Assembly (NCBI GenBank): GCA_051531975.1
Contig: JAOPTT010000006.1
Span: 224,656 to 288,655, forward strand
DNA length: 64,000 bases
Direction: 5' to 3'
DNA from: Spirochaetaceae bacterium
GTDB lineage: Bacteria; Spirochaetota; Spirochaetia; DSM-2461
The translations under genes were made by a program, and so were the position numbers. Numbering within the stretch: the stretch's first letter is position 1; the number at the start of each line of letters is the position of its first letter. The notes under the pieces are model-generated. The model was not told the origin of the DNA, did no database searches, and saw nothing but the letters and a program-made list of their open reading frames with translations. Positions 20,597-30,100 of the stretch are shown piece after piece.

Positions 20597-21351
20597 CTGC
20601 TACTTCCTTCTAGGTAAGCTTTAGTAAAAAGATGATCTGGAAGACTGTTTAGGGATACTTTATCAAATACAAGAATTGTACGATTCCCTCTTTTTATTTC
20701 ATCTATAAAATAGACCTGTCTGTATATATACTTCCCTTCAATTAGGGACCACTTTGGAGCAAGAACTGTACGCATTAGAGTACCTGTTAGACTAAAATCC
20801 TGTTCTTTGTAGGGTAACATCTCTTTTTTCCCAACCCAGAGTTTAATTTGGTGGTAATCCACATTATCGGTTGTTGCTTCAAGATCTAAAATCCAGCAGT
20901 CAATCTTACCAAGTTTTCCTTCAGTTTTATTTACAACTTTATAATCATTCCAATAATCAGAATTACCTAAGTCGTCGTTATTCATATCAGAGTCCTGAAC
21001 AGAATCCCGGGCGGAAGAGTGGCTAAATCGTCTACTCTCTGGGTCGTAAATCCAGTAATTATCACCCTGACCCAGGTATCCTGTTCCTTTATCAATATCA
21101 GGTTTAAGGACTATAGCTAGGAATTTTTCCTCTCCATCGATCTCTTCAGGACGGGAGAAAAGGCTCATTTTTTGGGTAGTTGGATCGGAACCAGCTCTGT
21201 AAGTTACCATAGTAAATTGACAGCTGAAATCACTTTTAAAATTTAGTTTTTCATCTACCATCTTTAATATATCTTCATCAGTTATACTTTGTGCATTTAA
21301 TGTAAAACACAAAATAAAAAATGTTGTAATAGTTATTATCCATCGTTTCAT
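20593..21351 (-). CDS. Outer-membrane lipoprotein-sorting protein (LolA-like)
   Basis: P..DKGTGYL, W.Y.P, SD...DD motifs typical of the LolA_like family; operon context. Confidence 0.85.
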   Translation of the reverse strand: MKRWIITITTFFILCFTLNAQSITDEDILKMVDEKLNFKSDFSCQFTMVTYRAGSDPTTQKMSLFSRPEEIDGEEKFLAIVLKPDIDKGTGYLGQGDNYWIYDPESRRFSHSSARDSVQDSDMNNDDLGNSDYWNDYKVVNKTEGKLGKIDCWILDLEATTDNVDYHQIKLWVGKKEMLPYKEQDFSLTGTLMRTVLAPKWSLIEGKYIYRQVYFIDEIKRGNRTILVFDKVSLNSLPDHLFTKAYLEGSSR

Positions 21352-21365
21352 TATATAATTCTCCT

Positions 21366-22676
21366 TTAAGAAATACTCATTATGGCTTTTGCCGGATCTA
21401 CTTTGGTTGCTCTGTTTACAGGTTTAAGACTACCAATCCAAACCAGAAATAGGATGATTAGTCCACTACTTAAAAATCTTGAAGGAACAAAAATAAGAGT
21501 AAGATGTCCTCGGTATAAAAACATTGAGAAGAATGTATGCCCTTCATCAAAGTTAATATTATGAATAGCCAGACCTAATACAAGCGCTATAATAACTCCC
21601 ATAATAACTCCTAATAATGCAATTATCTGCATTTCTACTATAAAAGATAACTTAACAGCACCACGTTGCATTCCTAAAGCCCGTAAAGTTCCAATCTCTT
21701 TTCTTCTCTCAAAAATCATCATCCGTAGAGTATTAGATATTCCTACAAGAATTATACCCATTAAAATAACCATTATTACTATGGATAATATATTTAGAAA
21801 TGCACCTATTACATATACGAAGGAGAAGGTCTCCTCTAAACTTGTTATCTGATAACGTATTCCTTCCCAATCCTGGGTTCTTAAACGTGCAAGGATTTCC
21901 TGACGTTCTCCTCTATCTTCAGGTCTCTCTATTACCGCAACATTTTTACTAAGGAGGTAATTGTAAAAATTACTTGCTACTTCTTCTGTTGACTCATTTT
22001 TATCTAAAAAGATATTTAATTCTGTAAAATCATTAATACTAATTCCTAGTATTTCATTAAGATAACTACGATGAACAAATGCAGCCATTGAACTAATTGT
22101 TCCAAGATCATCGGCAATAATACCCTGTATCACAAAGTTCCCAACATTGTTTATTCCTTGTAGAGTACGGGTTTTAAGCATTACAGAATCACCTGTTTTT
22201 AAACCTAGATTTTCAGATATCTCCTTTGAAAGTAGTATTCCAGATTTTAAATCCTCTGATAGATAGTTTCCATCTTCAAGAATTAGAAGGTCTCTTAAAC
22301 CTTCCTCCTTATCTGGGTCTATACCCATAACGTATTGCTGCTGAGCCTCACTACCATTAATAAAAGTTGCCATGGTAGTACTACGAAGATTTAAATGATC
22401 ATTCTCTGAAAAATATTCTCTTGTATCCTCTAGAATTGGATCTTTATCATCCAAACATGAAACAAGAGAGTCTCTTGATGAAAAACTTAAACCTCTAACT
22501 ACAACATCACCGGAAATCATCCCTGCTTGCTGATTTACAAAAGAGTCCATAATCCCATCTGCTAGAGACCCTACTAATATAATAATTGATAATCCAAAAG
22601 CGATAGCCCCTGCAAGTAACAGGCTTCGTCGTTTTTCTCTAATCACATTTTTTATTGCTACATGTAAATATCTCAT
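21366..22676 (-). CDS. FtsX/MacB/LolE-like ABC permease
   Basis: N-terminal TM, large periplasmic loop, ERRKEIGTLRALG, three C-terminal TMs. Confidence 0.92.
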   Translation of the reverse strand: MRYLHVAIKNVIREKRRSLLLAGAIAFGLSIIILVGSLADGIMDSFVNQQAGMISGDVVVRGLSFSSRDSLVSCLDDKDPILEDTREYFSENDHLNLRSTTMATFINGSEAQQQYVMGIDPDKEEGLRDLLILEDGNYLSEDLKSGILLSKEISENLGLKTGDSVMLKTRTLQGINNVGNFVIQGIIADDLGTISSMAAFVHRSYLNEILGISINDFTELNIFLDKNESTEEVASNFYNYLLSKNVAVIERPEDRGERQEILARLRTQDWEGIRYQITSLEETFSFVYVIGAFLNILSIVIMVILMGIILVGISNTLRMMIFERRKEIGTLRALGMQRGAVKLSFIVEMQIIALLGVIMGVIIALVLGLAIHNINFDEGHTFFSMFLYRGHLTLIFVPSRFLSSGLIILFLVWIGSLKPVNRATKVDPAKAIMSIS

Positions 22677-24512
22677 CTATTCCTCTCTCATCGCTTCTAC
22701 GGGTTGAATCTTCATTGCATAAAAGACCGGATATAAACTGGATAAAACCCCTACAACAAACATAAATAATAAGCTGAAACCAATAGTCCATGCCGATAGA
22801 CTAGGATTTATTGAATTCCCTCCTGCAATCATCTGTAAAAAAGAGCCATCTGCAGCTGGGATACCAATATTACCTAGAATTGTAATAACCAGGGATCCCA
22901 CAATCATACCTAACGTCCCAAAAATTAGACTGATAGTCATAGTTTCTGTAATAAAAAGATAGAAGATAAAACTCTTCTGTCCTCCAATAGCTCTTAACGT
23001 TCCGATCTCTCCAGTCCGTTCCATTACCGAAATCATTAATGTATTCATAATAATAATAATTACCACTATAAAAATGATTATTAGTGCAAAGTTCATCGAA
23101 GCCTGGATAGCTGTTGTTGTTGTTGACATTGGAGAGGCTGCATGCCACCACTCACTTACCATGTAGTCAGGGCCAGGTGAGAGGGCATATGGATATAACT
23201 CCTCTAAAATTAACCTATTTCTCCGGATTAACTCATAATCTTTCTGAGTTTTTTTAACCAAATTATTGGTAATTGAAGAGAAATGGATCTTTTTAAAAGC
23301 CTCTTTCTCATATAGCTCATCTTTATCTAAAAATGATGTAAAGATAGAAACAATAGTAGAAGATAGAGCATCTTCATCCATAATAGACAGTGAATCAGAT
23401 AAAGAGTTTTTTTCTTCTAAAGTTAACAGACCGGCGATATAGGCAAACTCAGGTGTATTGGGTTCTAGTAGTGTCTGAGCGATTTTTATCGGTTTTAGTA
23501 TATACTTTTCCTCAAATGTTGAGAAACTCTGTTTAAAATGATTTTCTAAATCTGCTCTAAAGGTTTTTACACTTGAATCATCACTATTTTTTAGTGAAAG
23601 TAGCAGCCACTGCCAGTCAAAATTATTTACTTTAGAGAGTTCATGACGGACACTCATATCTCCTAAAAGAGAATCTAAATTTGTTTCTACTTGGTCTGCA
23701 GTTGTACCAATCTCTATAGTTTCAGAAAAAAGATCATCCATTGAGTCATTAAAAAGCATCTCTTCTAATTCTGGAGGTGGAGGAGTCTGCTCCTGTTTTA
23801 CAACTATACCGTTTAGAACATTGAAATTCTGTTGGTCTATAAAACATGTTCTTGGCAACATGGGATACATATCCCCTTTAACATAATTATATTCAAAAAT
23901 TCCCCGAATAGGAACTTCTCTTATCCTAAATCCATTAGCTGAATATCCATTAAGCAGTAGACTATCTCCTGGGTGGACTTCAATATCCTTGTATTCCATA
24001 AGGTATTCAACTACAGCACTTGATAATACAATTCCCTCTTCTCCAGGCTCCAAAAACCGACCTTCGTGAAGAATAATTGTATCTTTTATATCAAAAATAG
24101 AAGTATAACTTTCTGGATCAACCGCCATTCCCATAATCCATAAATCAGGGCTTAACTCTCCCGTGTTTACCATGAGCATATTTGATGAAACAGTAGTAAA
24201 AACATCAACTTCTGGATGTGTCTTTAGAAATTCTAGTGTATTTTCTAGATCTGGAACTACAGGTACTGAAAGGTTCCCAATATTATTCCAGGTTCCAAAC
24301 AGAGAAAAGTCGAAATCAATATTTTTAAGCACTGCAATATCTCCGGTAACGGAATTACTGTAGGCTCTCTGTATTCCCTTACTTGTTGAATCCAGGAAGG
24401 AGTTTCCAAGTACCATTAAAAAAATACCTAAAAATATTAAACTACCAACTATCATAGTTTTAACTTTATGTGCAAATACATTTCGTATTGCTATTTTAAA
24501 TATGGCAAACAT
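22677..24512 (-). CDS. FtsX/MacB/LolC-like ABC permease with extra periplasmic insertion
   Basis: ERTGEIGTLRAIG, LYP...A....PVEAM; about 175 aa longer than its paralog. Confidence 0.92.
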   Translation of the reverse strand: MFAIFKIAIRNVFAHKVKTMIVGSLIFLGIFLMVLGNSFLDSTSKGIQRAYSNSVTGDIAVLKNIDFDFSLFGTWNNIGNLSVPVVPDLENTLEFLKTHPEVDVFTTVSSNMLMVNTGELSPDLWIMGMAVDPESYTSIFDIKDTIILHEGRFLEPGEEGIVLSSAVVEYLMEYKDIEVHPGDSLLLNGYSANGFRIREVPIRGIFEYNYVKGDMYPMLPRTCFIDQQNFNVLNGIVVKQEQTPPPPELEEMLFNDSMDDLFSETIEIGTTADQVETNLDSLLGDMSVRHELSKVNNFDWQWLLLSLKNSDDSSVKTFRADLENHFKQSFSTFEEKYILKPIKIAQTLLEPNTPEFAYIAGLLTLEEKNSLSDSLSIMDEDALSSTIVSIFTSFLDKDELYEKEAFKKIHFSSITNNLVKKTQKDYELIRRNRLILEELYPYALSPGPDYMVSEWWHAASPMSTTTTAIQASMNFALIIIFIVVIIIIMNTLMISVMERTGEIGTLRAIGGQKSFIFYLFITETMTISLIFGTLGMIVGSLVITILGNIGIPAADGSFLQMIAGGNSINPSLSAWTIGFSLLFMFVVGVLSSLYPVFYAMKIQPVEAMREE

Positions 24513-24516
24513 AAAT

Positions 24517-25206
24517 CTATACTCCCACTTTGTCGACAGTTAAACCATCATGTAGATATATAACCTTTGATACCATATTTACAATCATGGGATCATGGGT
24601 CGAAAATAGAAAAGTAGTTTTTTCTCTCTGATTAATTTCCTGCATCAAACTGATAATTTTTTCACTTGTAGCAGAGTCAAGATTTGCTGTAGGTTCATCG
24701 GCCAGTATAATTTTAGGCTTTGTAACTAAAGCACGGGCAATAGCAACACGCTGCCGCTGACCACCTGATAGTTCACTAGGTTTATGCCTTTTTCTATCAG
24801 ATAATCCAACTTCTTCTATTATGTGTTCTATCCACTCTTTTTCTTCTTTCCTTGACTGTTCGCTTTTACCCAAGAGTAGCGGTAATTGTACATTTTCATA
24901 AATATTCAGTACAGGGATGAGATTAAATGACTGGAAAATAAACCCCACTGTTTTATGTCGGAGTGTTGTTAGATCACGATCATTTAATTCATTAATGTTA
25001 TGTCCATCTACAATTATTTCACCTTCCGTAGATCTATCTATACAGCCTATCATATTAAGCAGAGTTGATTTCCCGGAACCAGAAGGTCCTGCAATAGACA
25101 TAAAATCACCTGAATTAATTTCAAGATCGATTCCTCTTAATGCAGGCACAGTTACTTTCCCAAGAAGATAGTTCTTCTTAACATTATTTAGTTTTATAAC
25201 ACTCAT
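24517..25206 (-). CDS. ABC transporter ATP-binding protein (LolD/MacB-like)
   Basis: GPSGSGKST, LSGGQRQRVAIARAL, ADEPTANLD. Confidence 0.96.
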   Translation of the reverse strand: MSVIKLNNVKKNYLLGKVTVPALRGIDLEINSGDFMSIAGPSGSGKSTLLNMIGCIDRSTEGEIIVDGHNINELNDRDLTTLRHKTVGFIFQSFNLIPVLNIYENVQLPLLLGKSEQSRKEEKEWIEHIIEEVGLSDRKRHKPSELSGGQRQRVAIARALVTKPKIILADEPTANLDSATSEKIISLMQEINQREKTTFLFSTHDPMIVNMVSKVIYLHDGLTVDKVGV

Positions 25207-25258
25207 TTTTTCTCCAATAATATAATTTTAAGATAATATATTTATTTATTAATCTATA

Positions 25259-25275
25259 TACAATTTTAGTGCCAA
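25259..25275 (-). promoter_or_regulatory. Sigma54-like -24/-12 promoter for the ABC operon
   Basis: Minus strand TTGGCAC-TAAAA-TTGTA: correct spacing, but the -12 element is GT instead of GC. Confidence 0.45.
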
Positions 25276-25509
25276 CTTTTTTACAATACAAACAATCTAA
25301 TTTTTTTAGGTTTATGAGGTTTGATTTACCTTTAACTGGTTAAATTAACCTTAAACGTATGGTTATAAATCAACTAATAATTAAACATCTAATTTCATAT
25401 AAAGTGTTACTATCCTAGTGTTTTTATAAATTTGTAATTAGTCCACAAAGTATTTAAGGGAATGGTATATACACTAGGTCAACAAAATAAAAACTGATAT
25501 ATTACTTAA

Positions 25510-26949
25510 ATGAACATTAAAGAAGTACTTAAGAACACTTTTAATATAGAAGATTTTAGAGGAAATCAGAAAGAAATTATCGAGAGATTATTAAATATTG
25601 ATAATGGACATAGTTTAGTACTCATGCCTACTGGTGGTGGTAAATCACTATGTTACCAACTGCCAGGACTCTGTTTTAAAGGTGGGACCCTTGTATTAAG
25701 TCCACTAATATCTCTGATGAAAGATCAGGTTGATAGTCTTAAAAAAAGAGGTATCAAAGCATCATATATAAATTCAACTGTACCGGCTAAGGATAGAATT
25801 AAAAGACTCGATGATTTTGTATATGGCAAAACTAAGTTTTTATATGTTACACCAGAGAGATTTAATAATGAAGATTTTAGATTAAAGATTAAAAGAGCGA
25901 ATATAGACCTTCTTGCAGTTGATGAAGCTCACTGTATTTCGACCTGGGGACATGATTTTAGACCTGAATACTCAAGAATATCTGAACTTATATCTCTACT
26001 TAAAATTCCAAGGGTGATAGCACTAACTGCAACTGCAACTATAGAAGTACAATCTGATATTATTTCTAGTTTAGGGTTTTCTGACACTGAGATGAAAATA
26101 TTTCATCAGGGTATTAATAGACCAAATTTAAAACTAGTTGCAGATGAGTTCTTTAGTGATTCTGATAAAATAGAAGAGATAAAAAGAATAAGTCACGACA
26201 TTCAAGGAAGTGGAATTGTCTATTTTTCCCTTATTAAGACTTTAAGTATATTCTCAGAGAAACTAGATACTTTAAAAATTCCTCATCTGATATATCATGG
26301 TAAATTAGACAATAGAGAGAGAAAAAAAGTACAAGATATATTTATGAAATCTGATAAACTAATTTTGGCAACAAATTCTTTTGGAATGGGAATTGATAAG
26401 TCTGATATTCGTTATGTTATACACGCTGAAATTCCAGGTAGTTTAGAATCTTATTATCAGGAGATTGGTAGGGCAGGACGTGATGGAAAACCCTCCCTAT
26501 GTAAAATGTTATATTCCCAGGACGATCTTACAATTCATATGGATTTTATAAAATGGTCTAATCCTGACCCAATCTTTCTTAAAAAACTTTATTTCTTACT
26601 TAAAAACCAGGAGACCAAGGTTCACGCTTTTGGTAGAGAGTATGTTGAAAATGAGCTTTTTTATAAAAATAGATTTGATTTCCGTCTAGATACAGGACTT
26701 AATCTTTTTGCAAGATACAATGTAACAAAGGGTGATTTACATAAAAAAAATATTAAAATTATAGCCGAAGGACTCTCTGAAAATTTACTGGATAATAACT
26801 TATACGAAGAGAAATTATTAAGAGATCAGAAGAAGCTTTTATCAATTGTTAATTATTTTAGAGATGAAAGATGTCGTAAAAAAAGTCTTGAATCATATTT
26901 TGGGTTTGATGATGAACCAAAATGTAATAATTGTGATAGATGTTGTTAA
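25510..26949 (+). CDS. recQ: RecQ family ATP-dependent DNA helicase (short form, no HRDC)
   Basis: MPTGGGKSLCYQ, VDEAHC, WGHDFRP, ALTATA, YYQEIGRAGRDG, Zn-binding C...CNNCD. Confidence 0.93.
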   Translation: MNIKEVLKNTFNIEDFRGNQKEIIERLLNIDNGHSLVLMPTGGGKSLCYQLPGLCFKGGTLVLSPLISLMKDQVDSLKKRGIKASYINSTVPAKDRIKRLDDFVYGKTKFLYVTPERFNNEDFRLKIKRANIDLLAVDEAHCISTWGHDFRPEYSRISELISLLKIPRVIALTATATIEVQSDIISSLGFSDTEMKIFHQGINRPNLKLVADEFFSDSDKIEEIKRISHDIQGSGIVYFSLIKTLSIFSEKLDTLKIPHLIYHGKLDNRERKKVQDIFMKSDKLILATNSFGMGIDKSDIRYVIHAEIPGSLESYYQEIGRAGRDGKPSLCKMLYSQDDLTIHMDFIKWSNPDPIFLKKLYFLLKNQETKVHAFGREYVENELFYKNRFDFRLDTGLNLFARYNVTKGDLHKKNIKIIAEGLSENLLDNNLYEEKLLRDQKKLLSIVNYFRDERCRKKSLESYFGFDDEPKCNNCDRCC

Positions 26950-27133
26950 TAAAATAACAAACTCATTTATATAGGGGATAGAGCATAACCTTTGTATATT
27001 AAACCATTTGAATGAAATATCTACTCTAGATGAAAGTTGTAGTAATTAAAGAGATCAGTGCTATAATATTTGATCTAGTTAATACATTTATAAATACTAA
27101 GTATCATTTACAAAATTATAAAAAACAGCAGGA

Positions 27134-30100
27134 GTGGTTACTGTGGTTACAGAAGATATTGCAGAAAAGGATTCACTTAAACTAATAAGTACTATAGTGG
27201 AACTAACTTCTATAAATAGTCCTATGAATATAGTTCTACAGAAAGTTGTCGATGAGATAATGAGTTCCCTTAGTTTAACAGATATTCTATCGGTTCGACT
27301 AATAATCGATGGTGTAGAATATATGAACTCTGGATTTATTAAAACCTATTGCCTCGAGAAAATTATTCTAGATCTACCTGAGAACAATTCCGGAGTATTT
27401 GAAGTCTATTACGAAAAAAAATATGGTGAAAATGGTGATAGATGTTTTAATTGTCTTTCTATTATTGGAAACATACTTACTGGTTATATCTCAAAAAATA
27501 AGCTAGATAATCTCTACTTTAAGAATCATGAAAGAGTTAAAGGGATAAATAGTATTCAATTGACAAATTTGATATTAAAAAAACACAATACACTAAGCGA
27601 CTCACTTCAGGAGATCTGTAATCTTCTTCCAGAAGCATGGCAATTCCCCAAGTATACAGCAGCCCGTATTTTCTTTGATGAAAAAGTATTTGAAAGTAGC
27701 CGATTTAAAGAGACGACCTGGTCACTTAATAAAAGTTTTGAAACTCCAGATAACAAAAAAGTTGAAATTGAAGTATTTTATCTAAAAGAATTTCCAAAAG
27801 CAGATATTGGACCTTTTTTAAACGAAGAACAATCTCTACTAGATATTTTAGCCTCCATAATTTCTGGAACTTACTCCAATCGTTCCCTTCAGGAACTATT
27901 GGAACACAATACTGAGCGTTTAAAAGAATTAAGGGGTATTAATAGGACTTCTGAAATTCTTAAAAATAGTAGTTCTGTAGAAGAGTCCCTGGAAGAAGTT
28001 TGTAATATCTTACCAGAAGCATGGAAACATCCTGAAGATACTGTTGTAAGGATCAGTTATAACGATAAGATTTTTACAAGTGAAAATTTCAGGGAGAGTA
28101 TATGGGTACAACATCAGAGTTTTGAGTGTCCTGGAAATAAGAAGGGCGAAATAGAGGTCTTTTTACTAAAAGAGTATGCAGTAGAAGATGAAGGCCCTTT
28201 TTTAAAAGAAGAGAGAGACCTTCTAGTAAATCTTGCTCGTTTAATATCTGGTTCTGCAGGTAGTGATGTATTAAAAAAACTTATTTTTGAAAATAATGAA
28301 CGTCTTAAAGAGCTTAGAGCAATTAATATGACATCAAAAATTATCTCAGAATATAAACCTGTAGATCAAACAATGTTTGAAATTACTTCAATATTAAAGA
28401 TGTCCTGGCAGTATCCTGAGTTTACAGAGGTAAAAATCCATTATGAGGGCTGTAACTATACTTCAGAAGGTTTTAGAGAGACATCCTGGAATCAGAAAGA
28501 GAACTTTATAACAATTGATAATAATAAGGGGTATATTCAGGTTGTCTATCTTAAAGAATTTCCAACCTCTGACGAAGGACCCTTCCTAAGGGAGGAGAGA
28601 GACCTTCTAATTAACATTGGAAAACTGATAAGTGGATATTTTAATAATAATAAAGGACGGGATATTTTTAGAAAGAATGTCCATAAGCAAAGGCAGATAG
28701 AGAAGCCTGAAGAGTATAAAAAGATGTTTATGACTAATAAGAGACCTCTTCAGTTATTCTTTAATCAGCAAGTTATCGATAAATATATTTATATGGACAT
28801 GATGAAATATAAAGTTAAAGAGATTCTTTTTGTCGCAACATTTTACGATGCCTTTATACTTGAAAATGAAGACGGTTTTTTTGAACGTTTTATGGGTGAA
28901 ATATATCAATATAGCCTCTTCTCCTTACCTAGAATTACCGGGGTTACAACCTCAGAAGAAGCTCTTGAAATGTTAGATAACAAATCGTTTGATCTGGTTA
29001 TTTTAATGGCAGGTCTTGATAGGGAAGCTCCGGTTTTACTAAGCGAAAAGATAAAAGATAAAACTCCTTCTCTTCCTGTATACATTCTACTTAATCAGAA
29101 GAGTAATATTAAATACTTTGAAGCAAAAGTTACATCATCTAAAACATTGGACAATCTATTTTACTGGAATGGTGATTCTGAGATTCTGTTTTCTATTGTA
29201 AAATCCATAGAAGATAGAGCTAATGTGGCCAATGATACCCAAGTTGGGTTGGTTCGGGTTATTCTTATAGTTGAAGATTCTTGTCTCTATTATTCAAAAT
29301 ATCTACCAATGTTATATAGTATTGTCTTTGGTCAGGTTCAGAGACTTTTACCAGAAGTCGAGAAGAATGAACTAGATAAAATTTGTAAAATGAGATCTAG
29401 ACCCAAGGTTCTTTTGGCTAGGAATTATGAAGACGCAATGTATCTGTTTAACAAATATAAGGATTACCTATTATGTGTTATCTCGGATATTGAGTTTGAC
29501 CATGGAGGGCAACTAGATAAAAAAGCGGGTATAAATTTTATCAAGTATGTTAAATCACATATGGTCAAATTGCCTATTATTCTTCAATCTTCAAACGCTA
29601 GAAACAAGAAGAAAGCGAAAGATCTTGATGTTTTCTTCATAAATAAAAACTCAGATACTCTTTTAAACGATCTAAAAAAGTATCTAAACTCATATCTCGG
29701 GTTTGGTAACTTTATTTTTCAGGATAAAAATGGACAGAAGATTGCAGAGGCTCGAACTCTGAAGGAATTTGAAAAGCAACTTGCAGTTGTTCCTGACGAG
29801 ACACTTTATTTACATGCTATTGCAAATCAGTATTCTATTTGGCTGATGGCAAGAGGTGAAATAACTCTGGCCAAAACAATAAATCCAATGCGGATAGAAT
29901 CCTTGGATAACATATCACTAACTAGAACACAATTAATTAGTATCATAAAAGATTCTCAGGATGAAAAAAAGAAAGGTAAAGTTTTTCGTTTTGAAGAAGA
30001 TACTCTGTTTACTGAGCAAAATATAGTAACTTTTGCTGATGGATCTCTTGGAGGAAAAGGTAGAGGTTTGGCATTTATAAATACACTTATTTATAATTTT

